Origin: Macrostomum lignano
Lineage: Eukaryota
Direction: 5' to 3'
NCBI GenBank assembly: GCA_002269645.1
Contig: NIVC01002703.1
Span: 1-64,000, forward strand
Length of the DNA: 64,000 nucleotides
The notes below the pieces were generated by a model. The model saw only the letters and a program-made list of their open reading frames with translations, was not told the origin of the DNA and searched no databases. Shown here piece by piece: positions 50,990 through 61,942 of the stretch. Within the stretch, counting starts at the first letter, position 1. Each line of letters begins with the position of its first letter. The position numbers and the translations under genes are program-made.

Positions 50990-53900
50990 TGTTGTGTATT
51001 TGCTTTGCTAACTAATTATAGTCATTCATAGACGGACTTTTGATTTAGATATTAGTCTATGGTTCATAGGGATTAAGTTTGACTGTACACATTTATTTGC
51101 TTCAAGTCTCGATACTTTTCATTTAAATATAAAACAAGCTACAAGCGCGCTACCGCTAAGACACTTCAACTTCTAACTTCCCAAAAGTTTTACCGCCTTT
51201 GCGTTATTCAAAACGTAACATGGCGACGAGGTAAACACGCTGGAGGTCTTGAGCAAGTGGTATAATTACTGACTACTTCAGACCAGCAATTTCAATGGCT
51301 CAGTCGTGGCTAGATTTCCGACTTGGAGAACTACCGCTTTCTTATCCTGAGATTGAGCAGTACTTCAAGAGACTGCAGTTTTACCTGGTGGCTTCAGGCA
51401 AGCGGGAACAATCCAAAGCTGTACTTTTGGCAATGTGCAGAGACGCAGCTTTCACTCTAATAAAGGAGCTTTTAAAGCCAAAAGACATCGCTAAGGATGA
51501 GGTGACTTATGAAAATATTCAGACATCGCTAACGGCACACTTCAAGCCCAAAACGTTACTTCACTACAAGAGGCATGTGCTTCATTCAATGGTGCAGAAG
51601 GAGGGCGAGTCGATTTCTACCTTCGTTGAAATTCTGAAGCGTCAGGCCAATAAATGCCAGTTCGGCGATCTCCGAGAAGAACTCATTCTGTCGCAGTTCA
51701 TATTCGGCCTACGCAATCAAGCACTGAAGCAGAAGCTCCTTTCGAAAGAGGATCTCGCTTTGGCCGCTGCAATTCAAGATGGCTTGCTAGCCAAATCAAT
51801 TAATGTGGCTACAAATCCGTCGAACGCAATCGCTGCGGTGCAGAACAAAGGCCATACCGGACTTTTTAAGCAAGAGAAGAAGGCCCCGGCTTACAATAAA
51901 CAGCCTTACAATTCGGACAATCGCAAGAGACATTCGAAGCCTCATGAAACTGGACAATGCCACACCTGCGGAAAGGTAGGACACGTCAGATCAAAGTGCC
52001 GCTTTAGGGACGCGCAATGTCGAAAGTGTGGAAAAGTTGGACATCTTGCAGCAGTTTGTCGTTCGAAGACTGTGAATGCAGTGCAAAGCGTAGTAAGATC
52101 AGAAGATGCTAGCCATGAGCATGTGGGAGCAGTCTACACAGCAGCTGGCATTGGAGACCCAACGGATCAGTGGTTTGCTACCTGCAAGATCGGAGATGCG
52201 AGCGTTAAGATGCTAGTGGATACTGGGAGTCAAGTTACCATTATACCCAAGAAGGTTGCCGATATTTCCAATCTACCATCCAAACCGATTTCGAAAATGC
52301 TCAGGTCCTACGGTGGCTTTCAGCCCACCATATATTCAGTCATTCCGGATGCAACCATTACTCTGTCTGACAAAAGATACGCTATTGGACATGTCTATGT
52401 TGGAAACGATTCGATGGCCATTCTCGGCATGGATTTCCTATCGCGCCTAAACCTATTGCACTTCGATAGTAGCATTTCTAAAGACGTCCTTTGCCTACCA
52501 GTTGTGCGCGATGCAAACGACAGATTTCTTGCGAGTTTCTGCCTTCGCTCGGATGCTAAAATGGAAGGTATGCGGTACCCTGCCAGATCTCTGCCTTTTT
52601 CAATGAAGTCTATGGTAGAGACCGAGCTCAAGAGACTACTGAGTGCGGGAATAATTTACCCAGTTGAAAATCCAACAGTGTCAGCACCAATAGTTCCGGT
52701 TTTAAAGCAGCAAGGCTCAGCTAGACCAATAAGGCTATGCGGTGACTACTCACTCACTCTGAATCGCATAATTGATGCTGATCGATACAAGTTTCCGAAG
52801 TTAGAAGAAATTCTTTCTAAAATTCCCAATGCGAAGTTCTACTCTGTCCTGGATTTAGAGGAAGCATTTCTACAAGTTGCACTGTCTCCGGAGAGTCAAG
52901 AACTTACCTGCATATCGACTCATATTGGTTATTTTGCATTCAGGAACCTCCAATTCGGAATCTCTGCAGCGCCTCTTATTTTCCAAGAGGTCATGGACGA
53001 CGTACTAAGAGACATAGAATGCACAGCGTCATATCAATATGACATATTAATCAGAACATCCGGTGACCAACAGCAACACATGCAGGTGCTGAACATGGTA
53101 AAGCAATGCTTAGCCGACCATGGGTTCAAGATTAACACGCGCAAGTCTCAGGAGTGTCAACAAAAGGTCAAGTTTCTTGGTTTCATTCTCCACAACGGAA
53201 GGCTCGAACCAGATCCTGCCAGATTAAAGTCGTGGGACAACATGCCAAAACCCGCTGACAAAGACCAATTGAGAAGCGTCTTGTGCACTCTTCGCCACTA
53301 TGGCTTATTCTGCAGAAATTTCTCCATCATTGCTCGACCGCTGTACTCGTTGCTGAAGGAGGGACAGCACTGGTACTGGAACAACGAACTATCAAAGGCC
53401 ATCGGGAGACTAAAGCAAAGCATCCGCCAAGGAGTAATCACTGCGTACGATCTGTCAAAACCATTATTCTTGACCTGTGATGCATCTAAAAAGGGACTAG
53501 GATTCGTGCTCTCTCATGACAGAGAACAGATGCAGATTGTCTGGCTCGGAAGCAGAGTGCTCACGCCCGCAGAGTGCAATTACGCTAACATTGAAAGAGA
53601 AGCATTGGCAATCGTGGAAGGAGTGAAGTATTTCCATCAGTTTTTAGCTGGAAGAAGATTCACTATTTTATCAGATCACAGACCGCTACAGTTCATCTTC
53701 AATCACAGCAAATCGTCTGAACGTGTTTCAGCCAGATTGCAACGCTGGTCTCTCATTCTGCAAGCATATGAATACAACATTGAATACGCCAAAGGTAGTA
53801 CAATGTTTGCTGCCGATACGCTTTCGCGACTTCCGAGTGGTGAATTACTGCCCAATGAATCTGTGAACTTATTGTCAATCAATGCGTTGGACAGTTTTGC

Positions 53901-55336
53901 AAACTCTGATGATTTATTGCATCGCATTGCTATGTCTAACGACCACAACCTTCGGACACTAAAGCATTATATTCAGAATGGATGGCCGGAGTACCTACCC
54001 AAGACTATACTGCCGTACTCGAAAGGAAAGTTGGAATATACAATTCAGAATGCTGTTGTATTCATAGGATTGCGGATTGTACCACCGCAAGGGCTAAGAA
54101 CTGAAATTTTACATCTGCTCCACGAGAATCATCCAGGAGTGGTGCGCATGATTCGCTTGGCACGACAATATTTCTGGTGGCCAGGTATTGACACGCAGAT
54201 TAACAGCTTCGTGCGCAGGTGCGCCCAGTGTCAGCTTCACGCGAGGAAGAGAACAAATGCGAATTTATCGTCCTGGGAGGATGCGCAGACATTCTTTGAA
54301 AGAGTCCACGCAGACATAGCTATGTTCAAAGGACACAAGTTTCTAGTGCTAGTAGACGCGTTCTCCAAGTGGGTGGATGTTCGACACGTTGATTCACTTA
54401 AGTCACAATCGGTGGTTCGGGCGTTTCGACATACTTTCAAGTACATGGGTATACCGAAGACGCTGGTGACTGATAATGGTACAAACTTCACTTCACTTGA
54501 ATTCGCTACGTTCCTCAAAGAGAACTTTGTGCAGCACGTTCTGACTCCATCAGGTCATCATCAGTCGAATGGGCAAGTGGAGCGAGCAATCGAAGAGTTC
54601 AAGTTTTACTTGAAAAAGAACAACGCTAGTTCTGATACAGCTGAACTAGAGCGACTCATTGTCAGGTTCTGTCTGTTTCAGAATACTACACCGCAATGCA
54701 ACGGTTCTATTCCTGCTGGTTTGGTGTTTCATCAACTTTCTAGAACTCGCCTGTCAAGTGTGTGCACTGACTGGACCAAGCCAAGACAGCAGCCTGACCC
54801 AGTTTACATTCGTGTGGAACACAAGGAAGAGAAGGTTCCGTCCACAGTTACTACTTCTGTTGGGACAAATACATTTCGTGACAACAAAGGTCGTCTGGTT
54901 CATCAATCGGACATTTCTCCTAGACTACCAGCTGAGACTGACGAATTCAATGCCAACGAAAGTTCAGATCCTATTCCTGAGGACAAGGCTAGCGAGGAGA
55001 CAGCTGGCAAAGCAACGGCTCCTGCTGAAAACGTACGCAGGAGTTCGCGTCAATGACGACCTCCAGATCGTTTCGGTTATTGACGAATATCAGCATTGGT
55101 GGGGGTGTTGTGTATTTGCTTTTCTAACTAATTATAGTCATTCATAGACGGACTTTTGATTTAGATATTAGTCTATGGTTCATAGGGATTAAGTTTGACT
55201 GTACACATTTATTTGCTTCAAGTCTCGATACTTTTTGTTTAAATATAAAACAAGCTACAAGCGCGCTACCGCTAAGACACTTCAACTTCTAACTTCCCAA
55301 AAGTTTTACCGCCTTTGCGTTATTCAAAACGTAACA
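50990..55336 (+). mobile_element. full-length Ty3/gypsy LTR retrotransposon (Mag-like)
   Basis: 231-bp LTRs (50990-51220, 55106-55336) with 3 mismatches and TG...CA ends; 5-bp TSD ATCAG; PBS TGGCGACGAGG (tRNA-Ser type); purine tract GGTGGGGG before the 3' LTR. Confidence 0.97.
51295..55056 (+). CDS. gag-pol polyprotein, 1253 aa, probably RT-inactive
   Basis: two CCHC knuckles, protease LVDTGS, RT with YQYD in place of YxDD, RNase H (CDAS, EREALA), HHCC plus DDE integrase, in gypsy domain order. Confidence 0.95.
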   Translation: MAQSWLDFRLGELPLSYPEIEQYFKRLQFYLVASGKREQSKAVLLAMCRDAAFTLIKELLKPKDIAKDEVTYENIQTSLTAHFKPKTLLHYKRHVLHSMVQKEGESISTFVEILKRQANKCQFGDLREELILSQFIFGLRNQALKQKLLSKEDLALAAAIQDGLLAKSINVATNPSNAIAAVQNKGHTGLFKQEKKAPAYNKQPYNSDNRKRHSKPHETGQCHTCGKVGHVRSKCRFRDAQCRKCGKVGHLAAVCRSKTVNAVQSVVRSEDASHEHVGAVYTAAGIGDPTDQWFATCKIGDASVKMLVDTGSQVTIIPKKVADISNLPSKPISKMLRSYGGFQPTIYSVIPDATITLSDKRYAIGHVYVGNDSMAILGMDFLSRLNLLHFDSSISKDVLCLPVVRDANDRFLASFCLRSDAKMEGMRYPARSLPFSMKSMVETELKRLLSAGIIYPVENPTVSAPIVPVLKQQGSARPIRLCGDYSLTLNRIIDADRYKFPKLEEILSKIPNAKFYSVLDLEEAFLQVALSPESQELTCISTHIGYFAFRNLQFGISAAPLIFQEVMDDVLRDIECTASYQYDILIRTSGDQQQHMQVLNMVKQCLADHGFKINTRKSQECQQKVKFLGFILHNGRLEPDPARLKSWDNMPKPADKDQLRSVLCTLRHYGLFCRNFSIIARPLYSLLKEGQHWYWNNELSKAIGRLKQSIRQGVITAYDLSKPLFLTCDASKKGLGFVLSHDREQMQIVWLGSRVLTPAECNYANIEREALAIVEGVKYFHQFLAGRRFTILSDHRPLQFIFNHSKSSERVSARLQRWSLILQAYEYNIEYAKGSTMFAADTLSRLPSGELLPNESVNLLSINALDSFANSDDLLHRIAMSNDHNLRTLKHYIQNGWPEYLPKTILPYSKGKLEYTIQNAVVFIGLRIVPPQGLRTEILHLLHENHPGVVRMIRLARQYFWWPGIDTQINSFVRRCAQCQLHARKRTNANLSSWEDAQTFFERVHADIAMFKGHKFLVLVDAFSKWVDVRHVDSLKSQSVVRAFRHTFKYMGIPKTLVTDNGTNFTSLEFATFLKENFVQHVLTPSGHHQSNGQVERAIEEFKFYLKKNNASSDTAELERLIVRFCLFQNTTPQCNGSIPAGLVFHQLSRTRLSSVCTDWTKPRQQPDPVYIRVEHKEEKVPSTVTTSVGTNTFRDNKGRLVHQSDISPRLPAETDEFNANESSDPIPEDKASEETAGKATAPAENVRRSSRQ

Positions 55337-56053
55337 ATCAGGAAGACACTCTAACATTACATTAGTATACCTAGCTAGAAAAAGATGTGCAGAGTGGCAT
55401 ATAAATTCACGCAGCTCAGCTGGTACTAGACAAATAATTTCACTTTTATTTATCCAGTACTGGACAAATAATAGTTACATTATTCATCCAATATTGGACT
55501 GGACGCCTTGCCCTTTAGGTCCTTAGGCAAATAAGAACAAAAATTTTGATTAAGAACAAAAATTTTGATTAAGAACAAAAATTTTGATTAAGAAAAAATG
55601 GGAAAAGGCAAATATTTTTTCAAAACACCCAAATATTATTTTTAAACCTGCATGCTTTTTATTTTAATATTTTAGCAAACAGATTTTTTTAAAAATAGAT
55701 AAATTCTATAATAGGTTAGGTTAGTTGAGCAGTTTTATATCATTGTAATAAAAGGCAAATGCAAACATCATTATAAATGCTGACAAAAACTTGTACTAAT
55801 ATAAATTTTATTATAATTTCAAACCTATAACAAGGTGATTTAAATTGACTCAAAGGATCTGCTAATCTATGGTATATTTGTTTTAATTAGATATTATATA
55901 TATTTTAAATATTTTATAAATCTCATCTTGTCTCATCTCAAAATTTTTCAATTGTAGACTTTTCTTATCTCAAATCTCATCTTGGTCCAAATCTTGATTT
56001 CCAATAGCTCTAGTCGGAACTTTAGTCATTGCTGTGCAGCACCTAGGCCTATC

Positions 56054-56940
56054 CCATAGTCAAGATCATATAGGGTGCACGCATAAACAAAAATTGAATA
56101 GTTTACAAATGCATGCCAAAAAATTGAAATATACCCATGCTTAAAACTATGCCTATATTGCAACAATAAATGACCTTTTTCAAATTGTACAATATACCCT
56201 TTTTGGCAGTTAATTTGGTTAATTCTTTGGCTTTTTGGGCTATATTATTTATTGTAGAAAATTGATGCACTCACAGATTTGTTTAAATGGATTATTACCA
56301 GCCATAATTGAGAAAGCAACATATATGCCAGCTGGGTTTTTTTGTGCGCAGTGTGTGTATGCACCTTAAATTTTAAAATCGCACCTTGAAATTGAAAAAG
56401 TAGATGCGGTGCGGTTTAGGTGCGATCTTATAACTATTTTTTTAGGCTTAACCATGCTTAAGCTCATTTGCACTGCCTTAAAATATGAAATGAAATAACT
56501 CCTATGACCTATTAAGTCATATAGCCTATATGCCTATAGCCTTATATAAGACATGTCCATATATACCCCCAGTTTTCTGAAACAAGAGAAATTGCACTCT
56601 GAGCCTTAAAATCTCACCTTGAAATTTGGCATAAGGTGTGATTTTGCACCTTGTCTTGGGCAAAAAAAACCCAGATTATGCCAGGATTTCCCAATGTGCA
56701 ACAAGGGTCTTATCATTTTTAGCATATATTAAAATATATTCCTATCATATATGACATAGCAAATATAGTGTCAAATGACAATTTTTTTGTATTGGCATTC
56801 AAACCCAGTGTAAAAACTAAGTGTGCACATATACTTTTTTCTTAGGAGTGATGCATGCCAACTATATATGCTTACTTTTGTTGTACATGGCCAATGCACC
56901 CCCAAATTTTTGGGCATGTACTACATGATCTAGAGTATAG
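56054..56940. mobile_element. CCATAGTC-family MITE with a nested small TIR element (56332-56674)
   Basis: perfect 8-bp TSD GGCCTATC (56046-56053, 56941-56948); TIR 13 of 16; inner CTGGGTTTTTT/AAAAAAACCCAG ends flanked by TATGCCAG-containing repeats. Confidence 0.75.
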
Positions 56941-57120
56941 GGCCTATCCAACAATTAAGCTAAATTATGGTATAACCAATGCAATGGTTGTTACTATGGA
57001 TATAGGAAAATTTAGGGACAAAAAATGATAACACAATTTTAATATAAAGAAATTTGGTAAAGGCAAATTCAGTGATAATTAATAGCAAATTAATTTGGTA
57101 ACAAGCCTTTTATAAAGTTA

Positions 57121-57561
57121 CCATAGTCCAGAAGGTGGCCTTTATGCCAGAAAATTCTGGCATATTTTTTCTCTCACTGACAATCTTGGTATACACTTGG
57201 CATATAGAATTTTCAGGTTCAACATGAGGTGAACATAGTCAGCATGCAAAAAATAGGCAAGTACAATGCTAATGTAATCATGTAGTAAAATATCAACCAA
57301 CAAAAGCTCTAAAAGTATTTGGAAACTAAAATTTAAAATACTAATGCAATTTACAAGTAAAACAAAATTAAAAGAAAGAATATCAGTTTTTAGCAAAAAA
57401 AGCTATTTTAAAGTTTAGTAAAAGTTTTATATTTCTAATTATATATTCTCTAAAAATTGGCATATTGGGCTTGACATAATTTTTTTTATATTTACATTAG
57501 CATAAAATTGAAAAACATGAAATTTCATTCTGGTATATGCCTGCCATGATTTAGACTATAG
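57121..57561 (+). mobile_element. CCATAGTC-family MITE, uninterrupted homologue of 5238-6868
   Basis: CCATAGTCCAGA...TTAGACTATAG; colinear with both halves of the 5.2-6.9 kb copy; TSD not clear. Confidence 0.7.
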
Positions 57562-58094
57562 TATAGCCCATAGTTCAGATTTTGTATTATTGTATACCAG
57601 GTTTATTGCTGGAAAAAATGACACGACTTTGTTTGTATGCCAGCTTGTACGCCAATATAAAAAGTCATTTGACACAATTTATCTACTATGTCATATATGC
57701 TAATAAATGGTAAAAACCTTTTTTATACTAGGAAATCCCTTCAGATTCTAAACTGTAAGGTATAGCTAAAGTTAAAATGTTCTTTAGTTGTTTTGGGACT
57801 TAAGCTGTTTGGTTTTTTATTTAATATCATTTAGTTCTTAATAAATTAATTTTTATTTACTGTATTATTTATTTGCTAAATATTTTAAAGTTTCATAGAT
57901 TGACATCAATCTTAAAAACAAAGTGTCAATTTCAAATCAGGGATCTATATTCAAGATGCCAAATGAAAATTAAGATGTCATGGCATTTGCATACCTAGAA
58001 ACCTAGTTACTATAGCTTTTGGTTTTGTTAAACTTTGTTAGATTTAGTTAGGCTTTCAGAACGGAGTTAGTAGACTTTTATCTCTAGGGCTAGC

Positions 58095-58560
58095 TCATGG
58101 CTTCAGGCTAGAAAGAGAATAAACAATGAGAAAATAGTGAGGAAACAGATGTGTATAAAAGAAAAAAATATAAGAAAATGAATGACAAAAGAGAGGGGAG
58201 AGAAAAGGGCAAAAGAAATGAAAGGAGAAGGTTAAAAAGAAAGAGAAGACATTGAAGAGAAGACAGAAGGGAGAATTGAAAAGACATGGGAAGAGAAGAA
58301 AAATATATATAAGAGAGAAGAATAAGAACGAGAGAAGAGAGATAAGAAAGTAGAGAGTAGAGAAAAGAGAAAAGGCAGAGAAATAAGTAAAAAGAGGAGA
58401 TGAAGAAAAAAGAGGGGAAAGGAAATAAAAGAATAAAGATATGATATAAGAGAATAGTGACAATATTAGAAAGGAAAGATAGAGAGTAGAGATGAGAGAG
58501 ATGAGAAGAGGAAGAAGAGAAGAGAAGTTACGACCTAAGGAAATAGAAGAGAGAGGAAAA
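58095..58560. repeat. purine-rich (GA) low-complexity tract
   Basis: direct inspection. Confidence 0.8.
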
Positions 58561-58908
58561 TACCAGAGTTTACCAATGCATGTCTTAGACAGACATTGCC
58601 TGTCATTCTGTGCAGCAACCCAGTCCCTCTAGCCAATGAGATCCAATGCTGGCTTAAAATCTTAATTTTGACTTTTGGTAGTTGGCATCCCATAAGGATA
58701 AAGAAATAAATTCCCATACTTGTATGCTTGAAGCTGGTTTAAAATATCCACAACTTTAAGTAAAATCTGCTATAAAATTATAATTATAACATTCAATAAA
58801 ATTAGACTTGTCTGCATACTTTACAGGATATCCATGTGTTTGTAGATTTATTCTTAGTATGGCATATATTTGTTTACTAAAATGCATCGTCTAAAAATAT
58901 CATTTTAG

Positions 58909-58987
58909 TTCCTGACAGAGCTGACAAAACTTTTTCAAAAGTCAAAGTCATCTGGCACGGGCACTGTACGCATCACCATGAAGCAAT
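58909..58987 (+). CDS. SRP14: SRP14 exon 2 (FLTELTKLFQKSKSSGTGTVRITMKQ + T)
   Basis: TTTTAG|TTC ... CAA T|GTAAGT; matches the SRP14 FLTELTRLFQK...VYITLKK segment. Confidence 0.92.
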
Positions 58988-59623
58988 GTAAGTGACTTGA
59001 CGTGTAATTTCAAGATCAAATCGAAACTACTTTTATAGACCAAAGTAAAGACAGGAAGCAAATTATGCTCGTAGCCTATTAGTTAACATATCTTCTCTTA
59101 CCCTAAAAGGGATAGATTTTGTACAAAAGTAGCTTATTTTATGATTTACTGGTGTGCCCATTGGTGCTACAACTTCAGGGGCCAGATAAAGAATTCAGCA
59201 CATGGCTGCGGGCCAGAATCACAGATAAAGGAAAGGTGAAAGAATAGAATATGAGAGAGGAGACTAGAAAGTACTAGATAAGAGGAGAGGAGAGAATTGA
59301 GAGAGGAGAGAAGGGATAATAGTGCTAAGAAGACACAAACCTTAAGCAGTCTGGATTGCTATTGTTAAGTTTCACAGAAAACAACTTTGTATAAACTAAT
59401 ATTTTATCAACTATAAATTCCCGGAGTTATTAATCCTCGAGCACTAATTAGATGACGAGTTACTTGCTAGTTACTCCCGCCGTTTACCCACAGGCATCAC
59501 GATTTATTGTTGAAAATGATAACGCACGTTTCTTAAGCCCACAGCTTTTCGAAATTCGCTCCAGCTTGGATGAGCTAATCCCTGGGCCAATCTCAAACAA
59601 TTTTTTATTCAAAACTCTTGCAG

Positions 59624-59928
59624 ACGACGGCCAGGACCGGCACAGACCGCGCAAAAATCGGCAACCTCGCCGTCGCGCTGGCGGCAGCGGCTCCGGGGAT
59701 GCCACATCGTCTGGCGGCGGCGAGTGCGGCTGTTTGATTCGGGCCACACTGAACAGCCGGAAGCTGAGCACAGTGGTGCACCAGAAAGATGTCAATCGGT
59801 TCCAATTGGCATTCTCCAGCTTGCTCAAAGGCAACATTGACGGGCTTAAAAAGCGGGATAAAAAAGCCGCCGCTGCTGCCACTGCCGCCGCTTCCGCTGC
59901 TGCCAAAGCCAAGGCCAAGGCTAGCTAA
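59624..59928 (+). CDS. SRP14: SRP14 exon 3 (spliced product 134 aa)
   Basis: TTGCAG|AC completes Y of YDG; CLIRAT...KLSTVV...FQLAFSSLLKGNIDGLKKRDKK is the SRP14 signature. Confidence 0.95.
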
Positions 59929-60099
59929 ATTGCCTACCGTAGCTGTGTATTGTTTCTGTTCTGCCACCGCTAATCATTGGTTAATTTTGCAAAATGTTGA
60001 TTTAAAGTCTGGGGGATCGCTTCCTGTTATTGTATTGGTCAATATTTACAGTTTACTGTGTTTAAGTGCCTGTTTCTTAAACAGTTCCTAAGGCATGTC

Positions 60100-61022
60100 A
60101 AGAGGGACAGTCTATGGTCAAGAGGGACAGCCTATGGTCAAGCAAGAGTGACAGTCTATGGTCAAGAGGGTCAGCCTATGGTCAATAGTGACAGTCCAAT
60201 GGTCGAGAGTGACAGTCTATGGTCAAGAGTGACAGCCTATGGTCAAGAGTGACAGTCCGATGGTCGAGAGTGACAGTCTATGGTCAAGAGGGTCAGCCTA
60301 TGGTCGAGAGTGACAGTCTATGGTCAAGAGTGACAGTCTATGGTCAAGAGTGACAGTCTATGGTCAATAGTAACAGTCTATTGTCAATAGTGATAGTCCA
60401 ATGGTCGAGAGTGACAGTCTATGGTCAAGAGTGACAGTCTATGGTCAAGAGTGACAGTCTATGGTCAATAGCGACAGTCTATGGTCAATAGTGACAGTCT
60501 ATTGTCAATAGTGATAGTCCAATGGTCGAGAGTGACAGTCTATGGTCAAGAGTGACAGTCTATTGTCAATAGTGATAGTCTATGGTCAAGAGTGACAGTC
60601 TATGGTCAATAGTGATAGTCCAATGGTCGAGAGTGACAGTCTATGGTCAAGAGTGACAGTCTATGGTCAATAGCGACAGTCTATGGTCAAGAGTGACAGT
60701 CTATGGTCAATAGTAACAGTCTATTGTCAATAGTGATAGTCCAATGGTCGAGAGTGACAGTCTATGGTCAAGAGTGACAGTCTATGGTCAATAGCGACAG
60801 TCTATGGTCAATAGCGACAGTCTATGGTCAATAGCGACAGTCTATGGTCAATAGCGACAGTCTATGGTCAAGAGTGACAGTCTATGGTCAATAGCGACAG
60901 TCTATGGTCAATAGCGACAGTCTATGGTCAATAGCGACAGTCTATGGTCAATAGCGACAGTCTATGGTCAAGAGTGACAGTCTATTGTCAATAGTGATAG
61001 TCCAATGGTCGAGAGTGACAGT
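60100..61022. repeat. 20-bp minisatellite (GTGACAGTCTATGGTCAAGA), about 46 copies
   Basis: direct inspection. Confidence 0.95.
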
Positions 61023-61624
61023 CCCTGTATCTTACTGATAGAGTGTGACAATAAATGATTCAAAGTGTCAATTTATTAGTTAGGGCAAATTTCAACAGCT
61101 CAAGCAGCAATTGTGCACGCCTAGTGATAAAGTTATACGCTTTATGCCATACCCTCTTACGTGCGAGTGTGCACGCGTGTCATTCGAATTCCAACCCCAT
61201 TGCGACACTATACTCGTATTTAGAATTTTCAACTGTTGCAAGTTTCTCGAGTTTGCTTAATTTTGTTGAATTTTCATTAGTAAAGTAAAGTTTACTCTCT
61301 GCTTTGTGAAAGCAAATAAGAGGCTTGGGTAACCCTTGTTCAGTGCGCTTTTTGGTTTGAGCTTTTATCCTTGGGGTGAATTTGTTATTGCTTAGTCTAT
61401 TGAATATCGCAACTGGAGATTAGTTCTCAGTGAAATGCTGTTCTGTTAGAATTTATTGATTGATGCTTAAACCTGTATTCTCTCCTACCCCACTCCCTTA
61501 TCTGCCTGTCTCTCTGAATTTTGATGTACTTTCATCTATAGTTACCAAGCGTAGGCCTCACAAAAGCGTCTTATAGTGAAGGATGGAAAACTTTTCTTAG
61601 AAAATATTTGAGGCTGGTTCAAAT

Positions 61625-61942
61625 AGAGTATAATAATATAATTTATAATAATAATTGATTACACCTGCCCCAATCGGCAGATGTACAACCGACAGCTCAG
61701 CCGCAGCTATTGCGAGGCGCATCTGAAGGCTGCGTACGGCTGTTCAGTCCAAGGACTGGGGGGTCGCCCACACCCTCAGTTACCCCAGCTAATGCTGGCA
61801 CCTATTTTACAGCTGGGTGAACTGAAGCAATGCAGAGTTAGGTGTCTTGCTCATGGACACAAATTGTTCCAGTGGGATAGGGAATCGAACTCCCGAACTT
61901 CAAGTAGTAAGCCCGCCGCTCTGACCACTGGCTGCAACCCCC
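61625..61942 (-). mobile_element. tRNA-derived CORE-type SINE
   Basis: minus strand: A-box-like GCAGCCAGTGG, B box GAGTTCGATTCC, CORE-like block at 61801-61862, AT-rich tail. Confidence 0.75.

Larger units (their letters stand above)
50294..56012. mobile_element. old hAT-like element (TAGAG...CTCTA) split by the LTR retrotransposon
   Basis: inverted GAGATGAGATT/AATCTCATCT subterminal motifs; flanks GTTGGAAT / GTCGGAAC (6 of 8 match, two transitions). Confidence 0.55.

Noticed and set aside
59452-59623. ORF-track N-terminus of SRP14
   Set aside because: The canonical N-terminus is supplied by exons at 48525 and 58909; this segment is intron (kept only as a low-interest curiosity).
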